A stretch of DNA of 32,461 nt. Source: Nemertoderma westbladi (lineage: Eukaryota; Animalia; Xenacoelomorpha). The translations under genes and the position numbers were made by a program. Shown here in pieces: positions 11,155 through 23,899 of this stretch; positions within the stretch are counted from its first letter, which is position 1; the number at the start of each line of letters is the position of its first letter. Under the pieces are notes generated by a model, which ran no database searches, had not been told where the DNA came from, and saw only the letters and a program-made list of their open reading frames with translations. The stretch spans positions 1 through 32,461 of the forward strand of contig JAUCBJ010008393.1 of NCBI GenBank assembly GCA_032718475.1, given 5' to 3'.

Positions 11155-12716
11155 TGTTGTTCGCACAACACCACATCCTCTACACCGGAGCGACACAGGC
11201 AGTGGAGATACAGTAGAGGCTTCTCCTCGACGTGGTGAAGCAACCGGACCGACAGACCTAATGAACTGCTGTATTTGCGATTAGTAAACGCACTACTGTA
11301 TATCTCACTTAACGCAGTACAGTAATTTATACCGTACTCTAACCTAACAGCCTAAATGAACACTCTATGTCCTACTGTGCGTAGTACAGCAAAGCAAATA
11401 TTGTGTTCTACAGTACGCAGTACAGTAAGTCAGCCTAATAATGTACTACTGTATTGCGACTAGTGAATACACTCTTTACTGTTGCAAGCAACAGCAAATA
11501 TCACGTGTGTTACTGTTAAAGCAAGCTGATACCGTTCTACTGTTAAACAGTGGCGATCAGGAGCGCGCTACTATTATACTGCGCAACTGCTAAACACAAA
11601 ACCGCTACTTACCGTTGGATGGCGCTAACCTGCCGTCCGCTAATATATTTTACTAATTTACACGGCTCCTGCAAATCGCTTGTTCCTTTCTCTACCAATC
11701 GCTCGATAGAGAGCTAACTGTTCGAATCTATGAGCCACGCGGGAATAACCATAACAATAAACCCGAATCGGCTCCCTAAGCTACTTAAAACGAGTGTGAG
11801 AGGCTTACACTCAGAGTGTATTCTTATCGCCTAATCTTACTGTAAAAACGCGCAAATAAACGCGTCCTTTCTAATCGCAAATACTGGGGTTCCCTAATGG
11901 AATATGTGAATGTGAGAATATTTAAATAACTCAAAGTGTGACAGAATGTCCTTTCGGGGACCGGTGCCGTGGGTCTATACTTGCCTTCGGCTGGCTTTAG
12001 GCCAGCGATACTACTACTGCGTCCTGTATACTGCTATCTAACTTATTGCCCGCTATTTTCAAATAACCGCCCAGCGTGAATAGTTTACAGTACTCCAAAT
12101 AATTACCTTAACTACTCTCTGCTATGCTGCGTACAAAATTATTAATTTTACTAATTAATTACAGTCGCAACTATGAAACAGCGTACTAATTACTAAGTGT
12201 TCCAGAATGCGCAATTCTAATTTATTACGCAATGGGTTACACTAAAAACAGCCTAAATACCGTATTATGTTTGCCTAATCAGTAATTATTTATCATAAAC
12301 TAAGAAATAGAAATCAATCAAGGGAAAAGGGCGCCTATCTAAGCATTCATAATTTAATCAGGCACACTTTAGCAACACACCAATCAGCGTAACAATCAAT
12401 AGTCAATACTTAACAATTTGTAGTTCCCAATGTACAATTTACAGTCTGCAGTTCACAGTTTGCAATGTAACACATGAAGGCCTCTCCCGGTTACATGTAG
12501 GCTTCCTAACTAACCCGATTCCTGCCCCCCTAATACTACAAAATAGAGACAAAATCTGGATCGTCAGCCCCCTAATTACTGTACTGGCGATTGGTCTTCC
12601 CTCTACACTGCTAGCCCTCCGACCACAACGGTGACCCCCCGCCAGCATTGCTTGCCCTTGAATCCTCCACACTCTCTTTGTCGCTACCCCCCGCCTACCG
12701 GTACCTTAGCCCAACA
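11155..12716 (-). mobile_element. Candidate long solo LTR or LTR-like segment
   Basis: Non-coding block with TGTTG...CAACA termini and composition different from its flanks. No matching TSD. Confidence 0.3.
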
Positions 12717-13516
12717 TTTAATGAGTAGCTACCATAACGGCGCATGCAATCACACAGTCTGACAGTCTAAAGAAATCTTGTGGGATTATCACATCTTAAT
12801 CACATTGTACCATTAATCTTTTTGGTAGAAATCATAGTTCTGATTGTAATTTGCAGTAATCATCGAGATTATTTAAGAAAACACAGCAAGAAATAAGCAG
12901 AAATTACAAAATTGCGAATTATTGTAAGAAACAAATGGAAATACAGAACAAGAGACTAAAGACAGAAAAACTGAGAAATTATGCAGGTATACAGAAATTA
13001 TGGCTTGCACATACCGGAAATACAGCCAATTTATATGTGATTCATCGAGGATGATGCAATAATCCTCTGATTGGTTCCCCAATCCGCGCTACCATTAGAC
13101 CAACCTGGAAGCAGCTAGGCCAATAAGGAAGCCGGATTGTGAACCTATTTCTCTTCAGAATCACAAATTGCCACCATATATGGCAATTTTGGCGTTGCTT
13201 AATTTAGCGGTACTAAAAACACGGTACATGAAATCTAATTTAGCGCAAATATAAAAGAAATTAAAACAAATATACAGTTAGTCCTATTGAAGCTAATAAC
13301 AGCAAGCTTATATCAAGGGTTTTATAGGAAACTTGCTACCGTGGAACTATTTATCTATATTTTACTACAAAATTACATAGGTAGGGCTACATACTGTATA
13401 AAATGGATAAAATTCACAAATATGGGCGTTTTATTTTCCTTATCTAAATATAATCTCGCTTCTTTATGGCTTATTTAAATAATTATACTGTAAGACGGCT
13501 AATATAGGTACACAGC

Positions 13517-14289
13517 GCCATATATCGTAACATGGCACGTCTGAGTGTAAGTGGAATTTGAAACTATTTGCAATCGAATCAGCACCCTCTAAAACCTCTA
13601 AATACTGAAAATTGTAAATTTCTGACTATCAGTAGTAAGTTTGATATTTTGTGCCATATGCCGCAGACATGTGCCACATGCGAAAGTGCACGTCTGGGTG
13701 ACAGCGGAATTTGAAACTATTTGCAATTGAATCAGCACCCTCTAAAACCTCTAAATACTAAAAATTGTCACTTTCTGACTATCTGTAGTAAGTTTGATAT
13801 TTTGTGCCATATGCCGAAAACATGTGCCACATGCTAAAGTGGCACGACTGAGTGACAGCGAAATTTGAAACTATTTGAAATAGAATCAGCACCCTCGAAA
13901 TCCTCTAAATACTGAAAATTATCAATTTCTGACTATCACTAGTAAGTTTCATATTTTGTGCCATATGCCTCAAACATGTGCCACGTGCCTAAGTTGTCTA
14001 ATCTGAGCCACCACGGAATTTGAAACTATTTGCAATCGCATCAGCACTCTTGGAAACTCATAAGAACCAAAAGCTGCGACATTCTGGCATTGTTTATCAT
14101 ATTTCCCAAATATGCCAATTTTGGCACGTGCCAAGAAATGGCGCAACGCCAAACATTGATAACTCGAAACCCTTCCCAAACGATTTAGAACACTTGAAAA
14201 CCTGTATTGGAGAAAAATTGTTCTTAAAACATAAACACTTTCCGAATTAATGCATTTTGGCCACAAAACATGGTTTCTGACCCACTGTG
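13517..14289. mobile_element. Fragment of a non-autonomous Transib-like DNA transposon with about 3.5 internal 153-155-bp tandem repeats
   Basis: AATTTGAAACTATTTG..AATCAGCAC recurs near 13554, 13707, 13861 and 14016; the block ends in CCCACTGTG (CACAGTG on the minus strand). The tandem repeat is certain; the family assignment is inference. Confidence 0.6.
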
Positions 14290-14299
14290 CAAGGGTTGA

Positions 14300-16015
14300 G
14301 TAAGGTTTGGGAGACGCTAACTCTGAGATATGTTAATAGGGACACCATTGCAGGATATCTATAGGCCAAATTAATAGCTCCTAGGAATTTATTGAGCAAC
14401 AGCATAGTGGAGTTATCCAATGACATCCAGGAAATTTGTTTAGAACTGGACTGGTTGGATCAATCATCGGCCTACAAGCATACTATGGTAGTGGGTGCTT
14501 TGGCTGGATCTCTGCCGAAGGGAAACATTGGGAACCGCTGGGATCAAAAGGTCTTACAGCTGTGGGCAGGCAAACAATATAGTCCTATGATGGATGACTT
14601 CTTGGAGTTCCTGGAATATGAAGTCCAACTCCAGCTAGTTCAACAAACTCGGGAAAATGGTTTCGACCCAAAAGTCAATGAAAAGGTGGTTACCAAACGC
14701 AGATTAACACCAGTCTGTTATACTAACTGAGTACGAAAGTTATACGTCACCTGAGGAAGAGGAGAGAGTGTCTTCTGATGTATACTACACTCAGCAGGTG
14801 GGAAAGTCCAAACCCTCTGATGAAATTCAGGTGTATAACAGGTTTGGAAATCTAGTGTAGAAACCGATTTCTATGTAGGTTCCCTATCCACCCTATAGGG
14901 TAACACAGGTAAGGATGGACTTAACCGAGTTAAAACCGTTGCTATCAAGAACTTTGCTACTAGCCAAGCGGAACTATATAACTGGGATTAGGATAAGTTC
15001 GCCCGTAAGTATCAGATACATAGGTTCAGGGTAGATAGACCTGGAGTCCAATTGCTAATAGAACAGAACGCACATGAAGGGTTAGAAGTGCTGGAGAAAA
15101 GACCAGCTAATCCCCAACCCTTACAAACCTATGCAGAAGAGAGAGATTGGCGAGAATACTTAATATATAGGTTAGCAGATAATTATCTGAATGAATTGTT
15201 ACAGATAGTAACACTGATGAAGGAAGTCCATGGTCCTCAGACAACGATAATGAAGAGCTATTATATGATAAGGAGAATACTTTAGGACCTTTAACAGAGA
15301 ACCAAGTGTGGAGCAACTAGGTAAAGTTATGTAACTTAATCCACCACAGTAGAGAGTTATAGGCTTATGAAGACGATGAACTGAATGAGGTTTTAGAGCG
15401 ATATCAGGCAAAACTATGAGATGAACATGCTGTTCGATTCTTTACCCAGAATGCTGTGGAACCCAATTCCTATGACAAAACTCTCTCAGTCGAAGAGGAG
15501 AGGGCCAAACATATCCAGAAAATGACCACTCGTTTCATTAAGGAAGGAGGACGATATGAAATCGGATTTATTATTCCGTAAGAAAGACCAGAGTTTCATT
15601 AACAAGCGAACTTTAGCCATTAAAAGATTAAATCAATTACATCAGAGGTTAGCAGGAAACACCTGAACTAAGGAGATGTATAAAACACAACTAAATAAAT
15701 TTATTGACAAGGGGAATGCCTAAGTGGTTCCCTCTGGAACCGCAGAAATTGAGTGTACGTACTAACTTACACATCACTATATACCCAAACCCAGCAAAAC
15801 CCGGCGAAGTCCGGGTCGTATGTGACGGTTCCACCCTCTATAAAGGACAATCGCTAAACTCAGAGTTATTGCCTGGACCCAATATATTAAGATCTTTATT
15901 GGGAATAATTTTACGATTAAGGCAATACTATATAGTCTTCGCCTCGGATATAGAGGGGATGTTCCTCTATGTAAAGGTGTTATATCAAGATCGGGACAGT
16001 TATGTATCATGTATA
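14300..16015 (+). pseudogene. Heavily decayed BEL/Pao gag-pol
   Basis: Gag-like DDFLEFLEYE; LSVEEERA..GRYE; RT N-terminus KPGEVRVVCDGS..YKGQSLNSELLPGPN....LLGIILR.R......DIEGMF. Many stops and frameshifts. Confidence 0.8.
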
Positions 16016-16844
16016 TGAATCACATAAAAAAGTTAGAACCTGGCTTTCTTTCTATTGAAGTGCAGTGGCCAAAATTAGACAGCATCATGGATGGAACAGA
16101 TAATTCATATCTAAAATGTACTTCAACTTTCACTCAATATTCCTGCGAATTGTGATTCTTTCCATGGAATTTGTTATACAACTTAGAATCCGACATATAT
16201 TGCTGCACGTGTGAACTTAGCCCTTTAGATTACTTATTTTACTAATTTTAAGCTCAAAACACCATTTTATATTGCTAAAGTTGGTTACGATATAATATTG
16301 GTTATTTCTATCGAATTATTCTCTAGTAAGGGTTCTTACGCCATCTAGTGCCATTATCTGCGTATCCAACTTGTATTAGTGCAGTAGTGTAAGCTAGGGA
16401 TCCACCTTATTGGCTATGCTCCTTACTGATGGGCTGATATATAAGTGCATTGGTTCTGTGTTTGATTCACTCTTTCTGTTATTGTTGTACAGAAGAAGTC
16501 GCATTGCCCATGCAGAGCCACTGATCCCCGGTCAGGTTTAATTGACTGGTGGTTATTACAGGCCTAAGGTCTAAACTTAAAGAGTTAAATATTGAATTAT
16601 AATTATTTATCACTATATTGGATATTCTACTGGTAAATTCAATTTGTCATTCTTATTTGCTTAATATATCGCCGATATTACAGAATCAAGAAAGTTTTAC
16701 ACACGCCACAACAGGTGGGTTGCTGTAACTAAGTATCAGTGATAATCTGGACAATTGTATCAGATTTGTGTGTTGTCATATCTCTGACTTACTAAATAAT
16801 TAATATATGGCGATATTTCAGACCATTAATATAAGCAAAGCTCT

Positions 16845-17096
16845 TGTAGAATACTGGTACGAATAAAGATATGAAAATCATAATCGTATGCAGATATCTG
16901 TATGTATATATTTGTCAGGAAACTCCGAGCAATATAGGTAATACTGTAATACAGTAAAATAGGTATCAGGTATATAAACACCAAAAACCGGTAGGTAACA
17001 AGCAGTCTGAATGTGAACCACAAAACTCAGATAAGATACTGCTAAAAACCTACAGTATAACCAAAAAGGTTGGTAAAGTGAAAATAATATTTCACA
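16845..17096 (-). repeat. BEL 3' LTR
   Basis: Matches 23167-23418 except at 16888/23210 and 17088/23410. Preceded on the minus strand by the PPT-like CGTGGGGGTT (17097-17106). Confidence 0.97.
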
Positions 17097-17402
17097 AACC
17101 CCCACGTCGTAGTTAATAATACTACGAAAAAAAGAAGAAAATAATTTCCATCAACAAATAAAATTAAAAAAAAAAACTCAAAAACCAGATATAAAATCAG
17201 AATAATCAGTACATCAATACATCATATTTAGCAATGAATCAGAATAAGTCTGGAGTTAATTTTCAAGTCAATACTCAATTCTTTCTCTCTTACTAATACA
17301 ATAATACTAATACAACAAATAATATTAACTTCGAAATTTAAGTAATCTTTGTTATATAGTGATACAAACTTAATTTTATTATACCACGTATTGCAATTCA
17401 TA

Positions 17403-20400
17403 TTACTGACCAAATCTGGGAGGACATTTAACCTGTCTGCCATATTTCGAAATATAAGGCGCAGTCTCGACAGGTACTGTTAGCCCCACACCTGGGGCGG
17501 GCTCCGTGTTAGTAACTATTCCATCTTCAAGTGAACATGGAGCTGAGTTATAGTCTTTAACGACAAGCTTGGTCCCAAGTTTCGGAGCATCACGGAGCAC
17601 ATTACCAACTGATACACCATTGTTACGGGAGTCAATCACCATTGTCGCTGGGTTACCAACAGATACGCCCCCACGGTTTGGGGTATCATGATTATTGGCA
17701 TGAGTCATCGAGTCCATTTCCAGCGGATATAGCAAGTGTACACCACGGGTAGTTATCTTCCCATTGAGGAGAATCTCCGCCGCACGAGGAATATCATCCC
17801 GTCCAATAAAGAGTTTTGTAATTCTGGCCAAAGGCCACTTCCCACGAGGACTGCATTGTTTTACCAATACTAAGGCACCAACACATGGCAGTCGTGAAAC
17901 ATTCGATGCTCGATTCCAAACGCCCAGAGCCGCCATATACTTCTCCCTCCACGCCTTCCAGATGTCACGACCAACTTTATCTCGTAGATATAGCATTTGG
18001 CGAAGATCAGGGGAAGTGACTGCGGCATAATCAATAAAGTTATCCTGTGGTGGAGGATATCCATATAAGAAGTCGCTGGGAGATATAGCAGTAGTATCAT
18101 TAGGATCCGTAGAGTTCGATGTAAGTGGTCGTAGGTTCACAACCGATGCACACTCACAAACTGCTGTTTCCATTTCAGCAAAACTAAGCCGCTTCCCATG
18201 TAAGGAAATACGAAGGCATGTTTTTACAACCTTGATAAGGCGTTCCCACCATCCACCCCAATGTGGCGAACGAGCAGGGATGAAATACCATGTAATCCTA
18301 TGAGAGGGGAACTTCATTGTGGACAGTTTCAGAAATGTCCGAGCATTATCTGAATGGAACTCAACATGAGTAAATGGAGCAACACGTTGGGCTAGGAACT
18401 TCCTGATAGCAAGGTTGGTGAGATGGGCAGATCCAGCAGCTACCAATTCCAAATGAATAGCCCGAGTAGAAGCACATGTAAAAAGAAGAACCTGAGACTT
18501 AGATCCATCCACTAAATATATAGGCCCAAAAAAATCAATACCACAAACAACAAAGAGAGTCATAGCCTTTGAGCGAAATGGCTGTAATGCTGATTCAGGG
18601 GCAGTATAAGGCAATGAACGATAACGAGAGCATTTAGGACAGTTATGTATAACCTTACGAACAAATGAACGTCCACTAGGAATCCAATACCTGAGGCGGA
18701 TTTGAGCTAATGTTGATTCGTAACCTTGATGCATTAAACCGCTATGGTAATATTCAACAATCAGGCGTGTTAGGTAACTTTTATGTGGCAGAATTGGAAG
18801 GAGGGCAGTTCCATTTCTCGGAACCATTAGGAGTAATCCATCCTTTATAGTTGGATGTAAACGCCACAGTGGTGAGGTGCTAGGCACACATTTATCGGGA
18901 TGATTCATTAAGAATCGAATATCCTTTTCATAATAATGTTGTTGATTTACTTTAATAAGAAACAACAAAGCTGAAGAAAGTTCAAGTGCAGTTAGTGATC
19001 CAAGCTGTTTGGAACTGTGAGATCGAACATTATGAATAAAACGTTGCATCCAAGCCATAATCCGAATAGCATCATTTAATGATGAATATCTCTGGGTATC
19101 TAATACATCTACATTCGCCAATAGCAAACTAGGTTCAAATGTGAGAAGTTGAGAAGGCGGAGAAGGCTCATCAGGCCATTGGACATCTGGATCAGAAATA
19201 AATTGAGGACCATCAAAAAATAATGGATTGTTAACCAAGAGCTGCAATGAACACCCACGTGAAGGAACATCAGCCGGATTGAGAGCACCAGGCACATAAT
19301 GCCAACTGATTGGGTCGGTATATGTTACAATCTTCTGAATTCGATTGTAAATAAATGTTTCCTTTTTAGGAGCACCCTTTCGAATCCACCCAAGAACACT
19401 AGTTGAGTCACTAAACATATGTATATGTGACGGTTGGAATAGGCATGTAATAACATGATTGGCAAACTTGGAACCAATGAATGCAGCAAGAAGTTCCATT
19501 CGAGGAATAGAAATACCAGAGGTTTTGGGTTTTACCTTTGATTTGGAAAAGTAGAATGTCGCAATACAACCCGGATTAACTACGTATGCAACAAAGGCAT
19601 AAGCATTCTTTGATGCATCGCAAAAGATGTAGAGGTCAGATAAAGGGCCCAAGTAAACACATCGAGGAATTTCTATGACCAAACCAACATTCTCAAGTCA
19701 CTTGAGCCATTGAGTCTGGATTTCTAATGGTAACGGTTGATCCCAATTTGTTCCTGATACCCATGTTGATTGAAGCAAGAACTTAGCCTGGAGAGTCCAT
19801 GGAGAGACAATACCCATAGGATCAAATATACACCCAAAATGAGTAAGAAGTTCACGGCGAGTAAACTTTGAAGGTTTTGGAATGATGGATGTGTCAATAT
19901 AGAGGGTGTCCAAATTGGTATCCCATGCTACTCCTAATATCTTAGAAGGATTGTTAACTGGTTTAAGATTCATACCAGCTAACTTCATACAAGAAATTGC
20001 ATTCTCAAGAAGACTTTCACACTTAACAAGGCTATCATTACTATGAATATAGTCATCGCAATAGAGTGACTGTAAGAACTCCGGTAACGCTGCCGGAGGG
20101 AATGTCTGAGAAGCATGATGGTGTACAGTAGAATGCAAAAGAAACGAACTGGGTTTCAAACCAAATGGGACACGTTTAAATTGATAAATTTTGCCATCCC
20201 ACAGAAACCTTATCCAACAACGATCTTCTGCCTGAACCTCAATTTGGTGGAAAGCAGCCTCAATATCTGCCACAGTCACATAAGGATAATGGCGAAAACG
20301 GAGGAGAACATCCAATAAAGAGGCCAATAAATTGGGCCCAGTATCTAGGCATTCATTCAAACTAACACCATTCAGATCACGGGCGGATCCATTAAAAACA

Positions 20401-22958
20401 ACACGATGTTTGCCAGAACTAAACACCAAATGATGGGGCATATAATAACCCTCATCAGTTGGAAATTCAGAGAACTCAACAATACCGTCGTCAATTAGCT
20501 TACGCATTTTGCAAACATAAACAGACCGTTCAGTAGCACTAAGGCGATTAAAGGCACGAGACTGTTGTTGATTGACCTTGTGATAATTACATAAAGGCCG
20601 TTTATATCCAGAGAAGGGTAAAGTTACACTATAGTGTGGGGGGTCCTCCTCAGAAATCATTGGTTCAGGATATTCTGCAACTTTGAGTTCTGAGTCATTA
20701 ATTCCAATACTCTCGAGGTTCCATAGCTGTGAGAGTTCTGGTGGTTCCACATCCATGGCCAATAGGGATGGATCTGGATATTTATCCGAGGATTTAAAAG
20801 AGGACTGGTTTAACGGACCACTGAGTACACGACCAAAAAAGGTATCGATAATTACCGGACAATCCCTTTCTCGGTACTGGTCAGCAGTAACTTGCCAAAG
20901 ATTATCTGCACCAATTATAAGGGAAATGTCCCTTTGGCCACCATCAAAGTCATCAGCCCAGTAATTATTATATGGGGACATAGAAATTGGAAATAAAGTT
21001 ATATGCTCTTGTCGCATAGTTGGACACAAAGCTTCATCAGTCCAAGCAGTCAAAGATATATAATTTTGGAAGTACTGACTATAGACATGGAACTGGACAC
21101 GGTGAGAAAGTGCAGTAGTAATCTGATTAGCAAAGGCACCAGTTGAAAGTACTCTTGATTCTATAACTGGTAGATTTAATGCATTAGCCAAATTCCCAAG
21201 AATATATGATTTTTTCGAGCCATCATCTATATATGCATGTATCCAGCATCCTGATCCTGAAGATAGGTCAGTAGGAACTTGTGAAAGAGATGGCGTTTTA
21301 ATATGAGCTTTGGCAATTTTTAAAAATACAGCGGAGTCAACATCCACCTCATTTGAACCAACCGGTAAAGTTGCAGTAACAGATGGACTTGAAGTTGGCT
21401 GAAGTGGAGGCCATATTGACTGGATTGAAGTAGTCGTGGGTAATTTATTTGGAGTTGTCCGACTTCCTGACACCATGTGACGTTGAGAGGCTTTAGGGGT
21501 TGTCCCATGTACTGTAGACAAATGGGAATTACTATCCTTACCCGAATTAGCATTCTTAAAGCATAAAATGCTATTGTGGCGTTTATTGCAAAACTGACAA
21601 GTTGACTGGGATGGACATTGCTTGGAATTGTGAAGACCCAGACAATTAGAACACAAACCAGCACTTTTAATAAGCCGATACCTGTCAGTAGGTTCCTTTG
21701 CCAGTAAAGTAGAGCAGGTTCTTAACTTGTGGAATTTATCAGTAGAATTACACCCTGGACATGGTGACTGCCTATTATGAAATGCATCAGATAGTGGCAA
21801 GGCAGATGTCGAAGAGAGTTTCGGTTTAGGATAACTTAATGAATGTTGGGGAGTAGAAGCCAAAGAACCACAGTTTTTTGTATTAAAGGCCATAGACTCT
21901 CGAAATTCCAATTCTAGTCTAATAAATTCAAGCAAGGCATCTAAATTAAACCTTTCATTCGGGTGGGTCCGATTCCAAACCAACACTACCTCAGAGGGCA
22001 ATTTCTGTAGTAAAAGGGGGGCTAGGAGTAGGGAAGTTAAGTCACCAGAAGTATCACTAAGTGCAGGGGTACCGGTACCGATCGCAATAGTAGCAGGAAT
22101 GTCACCAGAATCAGGACTAAGACTATTACTGGTAGCGGTACTAACCTTAATTTCAATTGATAATTGACGAATTTCTCTGAGTGATGACTCAAATGTGTCC
22201 ATTACTTTACGAAAGCCTGATAAATCGTTATCTCTGACAGTAGGTAATGAACAAAGCCTACTAGCATAAAGACCTATTAACAGGTTCGGATTTCCATAAC
22301 GGCGTTGAAGACTGGAAATAGCTGCCTGGTAATTTACAGAAGACACAGATAGGCCTGAAAGTGAATCTAGAACGTCTTTTGCCAGGCTACTACGAAGGTA
22401 TACGAACTTTTGGACATCAGATAAACCTTCACGATTATGGATTAAGGCTAAAAACTGATCCCAAAAAGGGCGCCATGATAGGTATTCACCATTAAAAACA
22501 GGTAGGGTTATCTTTGGCAGGCCACTGGTACCGGTTGAACTACCAGTACCGGTATTGGTTTTTGATGAAGCAGTACTCTCCCTGTCATCTTCACGCCCAT
22601 GAAAACCAGGGTTGTCTATACGGGACAGAATACGCCGACATTTAAATAATTTCTTATGTAAGTCTCGCGCATGATTAGACTTAGTAGTATCCTGAAAGCC
22701 TAAATGTAGCAGTTCAGATTCAATTCTATTAAGTATTTGATAATCCTGATCACCCAATTCTACAATGTAGGCCAACTCATCGCAATCAATATCTGACTCA
22801 TTTTGGGTTAGAAATTCATCCAAATCTCCCATAAGTTTTGTCACTTTCCCCCGTTGAGTAAACCGCTGTCGTTTTAGAGTATCGATTTTATCAGTACCGG
22901 TATTGCTACCGTCAGGATCAGGAATATCTAGATTGTCCTTACCAGGACCAGACTGCAT
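17403..22958 (-). CDS. BEL/Pao polyprotein with one in-frame TGA (19698-19700)
   Basis: ORFs 19698..22958 and 17403..19682 share a frame (WLK*LENVGLVIEIPR). Motifs: LPKITLPVFNG (DUF1759-like), three Cys/His knuckles, protease IDDGS, RT ADIEAAFHQI/VPFG/YCDD, FCDAS..AY, IPRMEL, integrase HHCC, GIDFFGP, SDNA, GGWWER. Confidence 0.93.
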
Positions 22959-23150
22959 TGTTCAGTTTTAATTGCAATAAAGTAAAGGCTGAAAGGCGGC
23001 GTTTAGTACCGTACCGCGGTACCGGTCACCAATCCCGGTGCCGGTACAGAAGAAAATGCAAACGTCAGTCTGTTACTGGCTGACATCAGAGCAATACATA
23101 GTATGAGTTCAGCAGTTGCTCAGCATGTATGTAAAACCAAAGGATTGTCA

Positions 23151-23166
23151 GATCCGGTTCGAAGAA
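23151..23166 (-). promoter_or_regulatory. Primer-binding site resembling tRNA-Tyr, without the TGG
   Basis: TTCTTCGAACCGGATC follows the LTR; compare the tRNA-Tyr complement TGGTCCTTCGAGCCGGAT (from memory). Confidence 0.65.
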
Positions 23167-23418
23167 TGTAGAATACTGGTACGAATAAAGATATGAAAAT
23201 CATAATCGTTTGCAGATATCTGTATGTATATATTTGTCAGGAAACTCCGAGCAATATAGGTAATACTGTAATACAGTAAAATAGGTATCAGGTATATAAA
23301 CACCAAAAACCGGTAGGTAACAAGCAGTCTGAATGTGAACCACAAAACTCAGATAAGATACTGCTAAAAACCTACAGTATAACCAAAAAGGTTGGTAAAG
23401 TGAAAATAAAATTTCACA
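23167..23418 (-). repeat. BEL 5' LTR
   Basis: Copy of 16845-17096. Confidence 0.97.
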
Positions 23419-23899
23419 GCTCTTATTATTAATTACATCACGATTGAGAGTTGGCACAAATTAAATACTGTAGTGATATCAATATAATTAGACCAAAGAC
23501 TTGTCACAATACGTTTCCCCTAAAGGGAAACACAATCACAAGACTAGAGTCCTTACATAATTAATTAGTCAGTCATTTGCTTTTTATACTGTGTTGCCAC
23601 ACCCTCCCGGTATCATTTCTCAGTTAAATACAAGAGATAATCAAATACCGTACCGAACTAAATGAAATATAGAGCAAATCAATACATCGAAGGGAAAAAG
23701 GGTAAATAAACAGATACAGTGAGCGGCCCTCGGTGACAGGTACACTAGTGCAACTCCGTTCATTATATCAGACCGGACATTTTGCCTTCATTTTTGCCTG
23801 GTTTATTAAGTAACAGAAAGAAGTTACAATATATGAAAATTGAGAGTGAAAGAACATATTTTATCAAATGCGCTAACAACATATCTCAGGATCAGTTTG

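Larger units (their letters stand above)
16845..23418 (-). mobile_element. Full-length BEL/Pao LTR retrotransposon
   Basis: 252-bp TG...CA LTRs, TSD GCTCT (16840-16844 and 23419-23423), PBS, PPT and a single gag-pol frame. Confidence 0.97.

Noticed and set aside
12830-13270. CCAAT/ATTGG motifs as a promoter
   Set aside because: No adjacent gene; more likely repeat debris, and boundaries could not be defined.
14250-14289. True V(D)J recombination signal
   Set aside because: The heptamer is present but there is no ACAAAAACC nonamer at 12 or 23 bp and no immunoglobulin segments.
1723-19700. Alternative genetic code explaining the internal stops
   Set aside because: The two stops differ (TAG and TGA), occur once each, and both codons end ORFs normally elsewhere (TGA at 5755-5757, TAG at 25936-25938).
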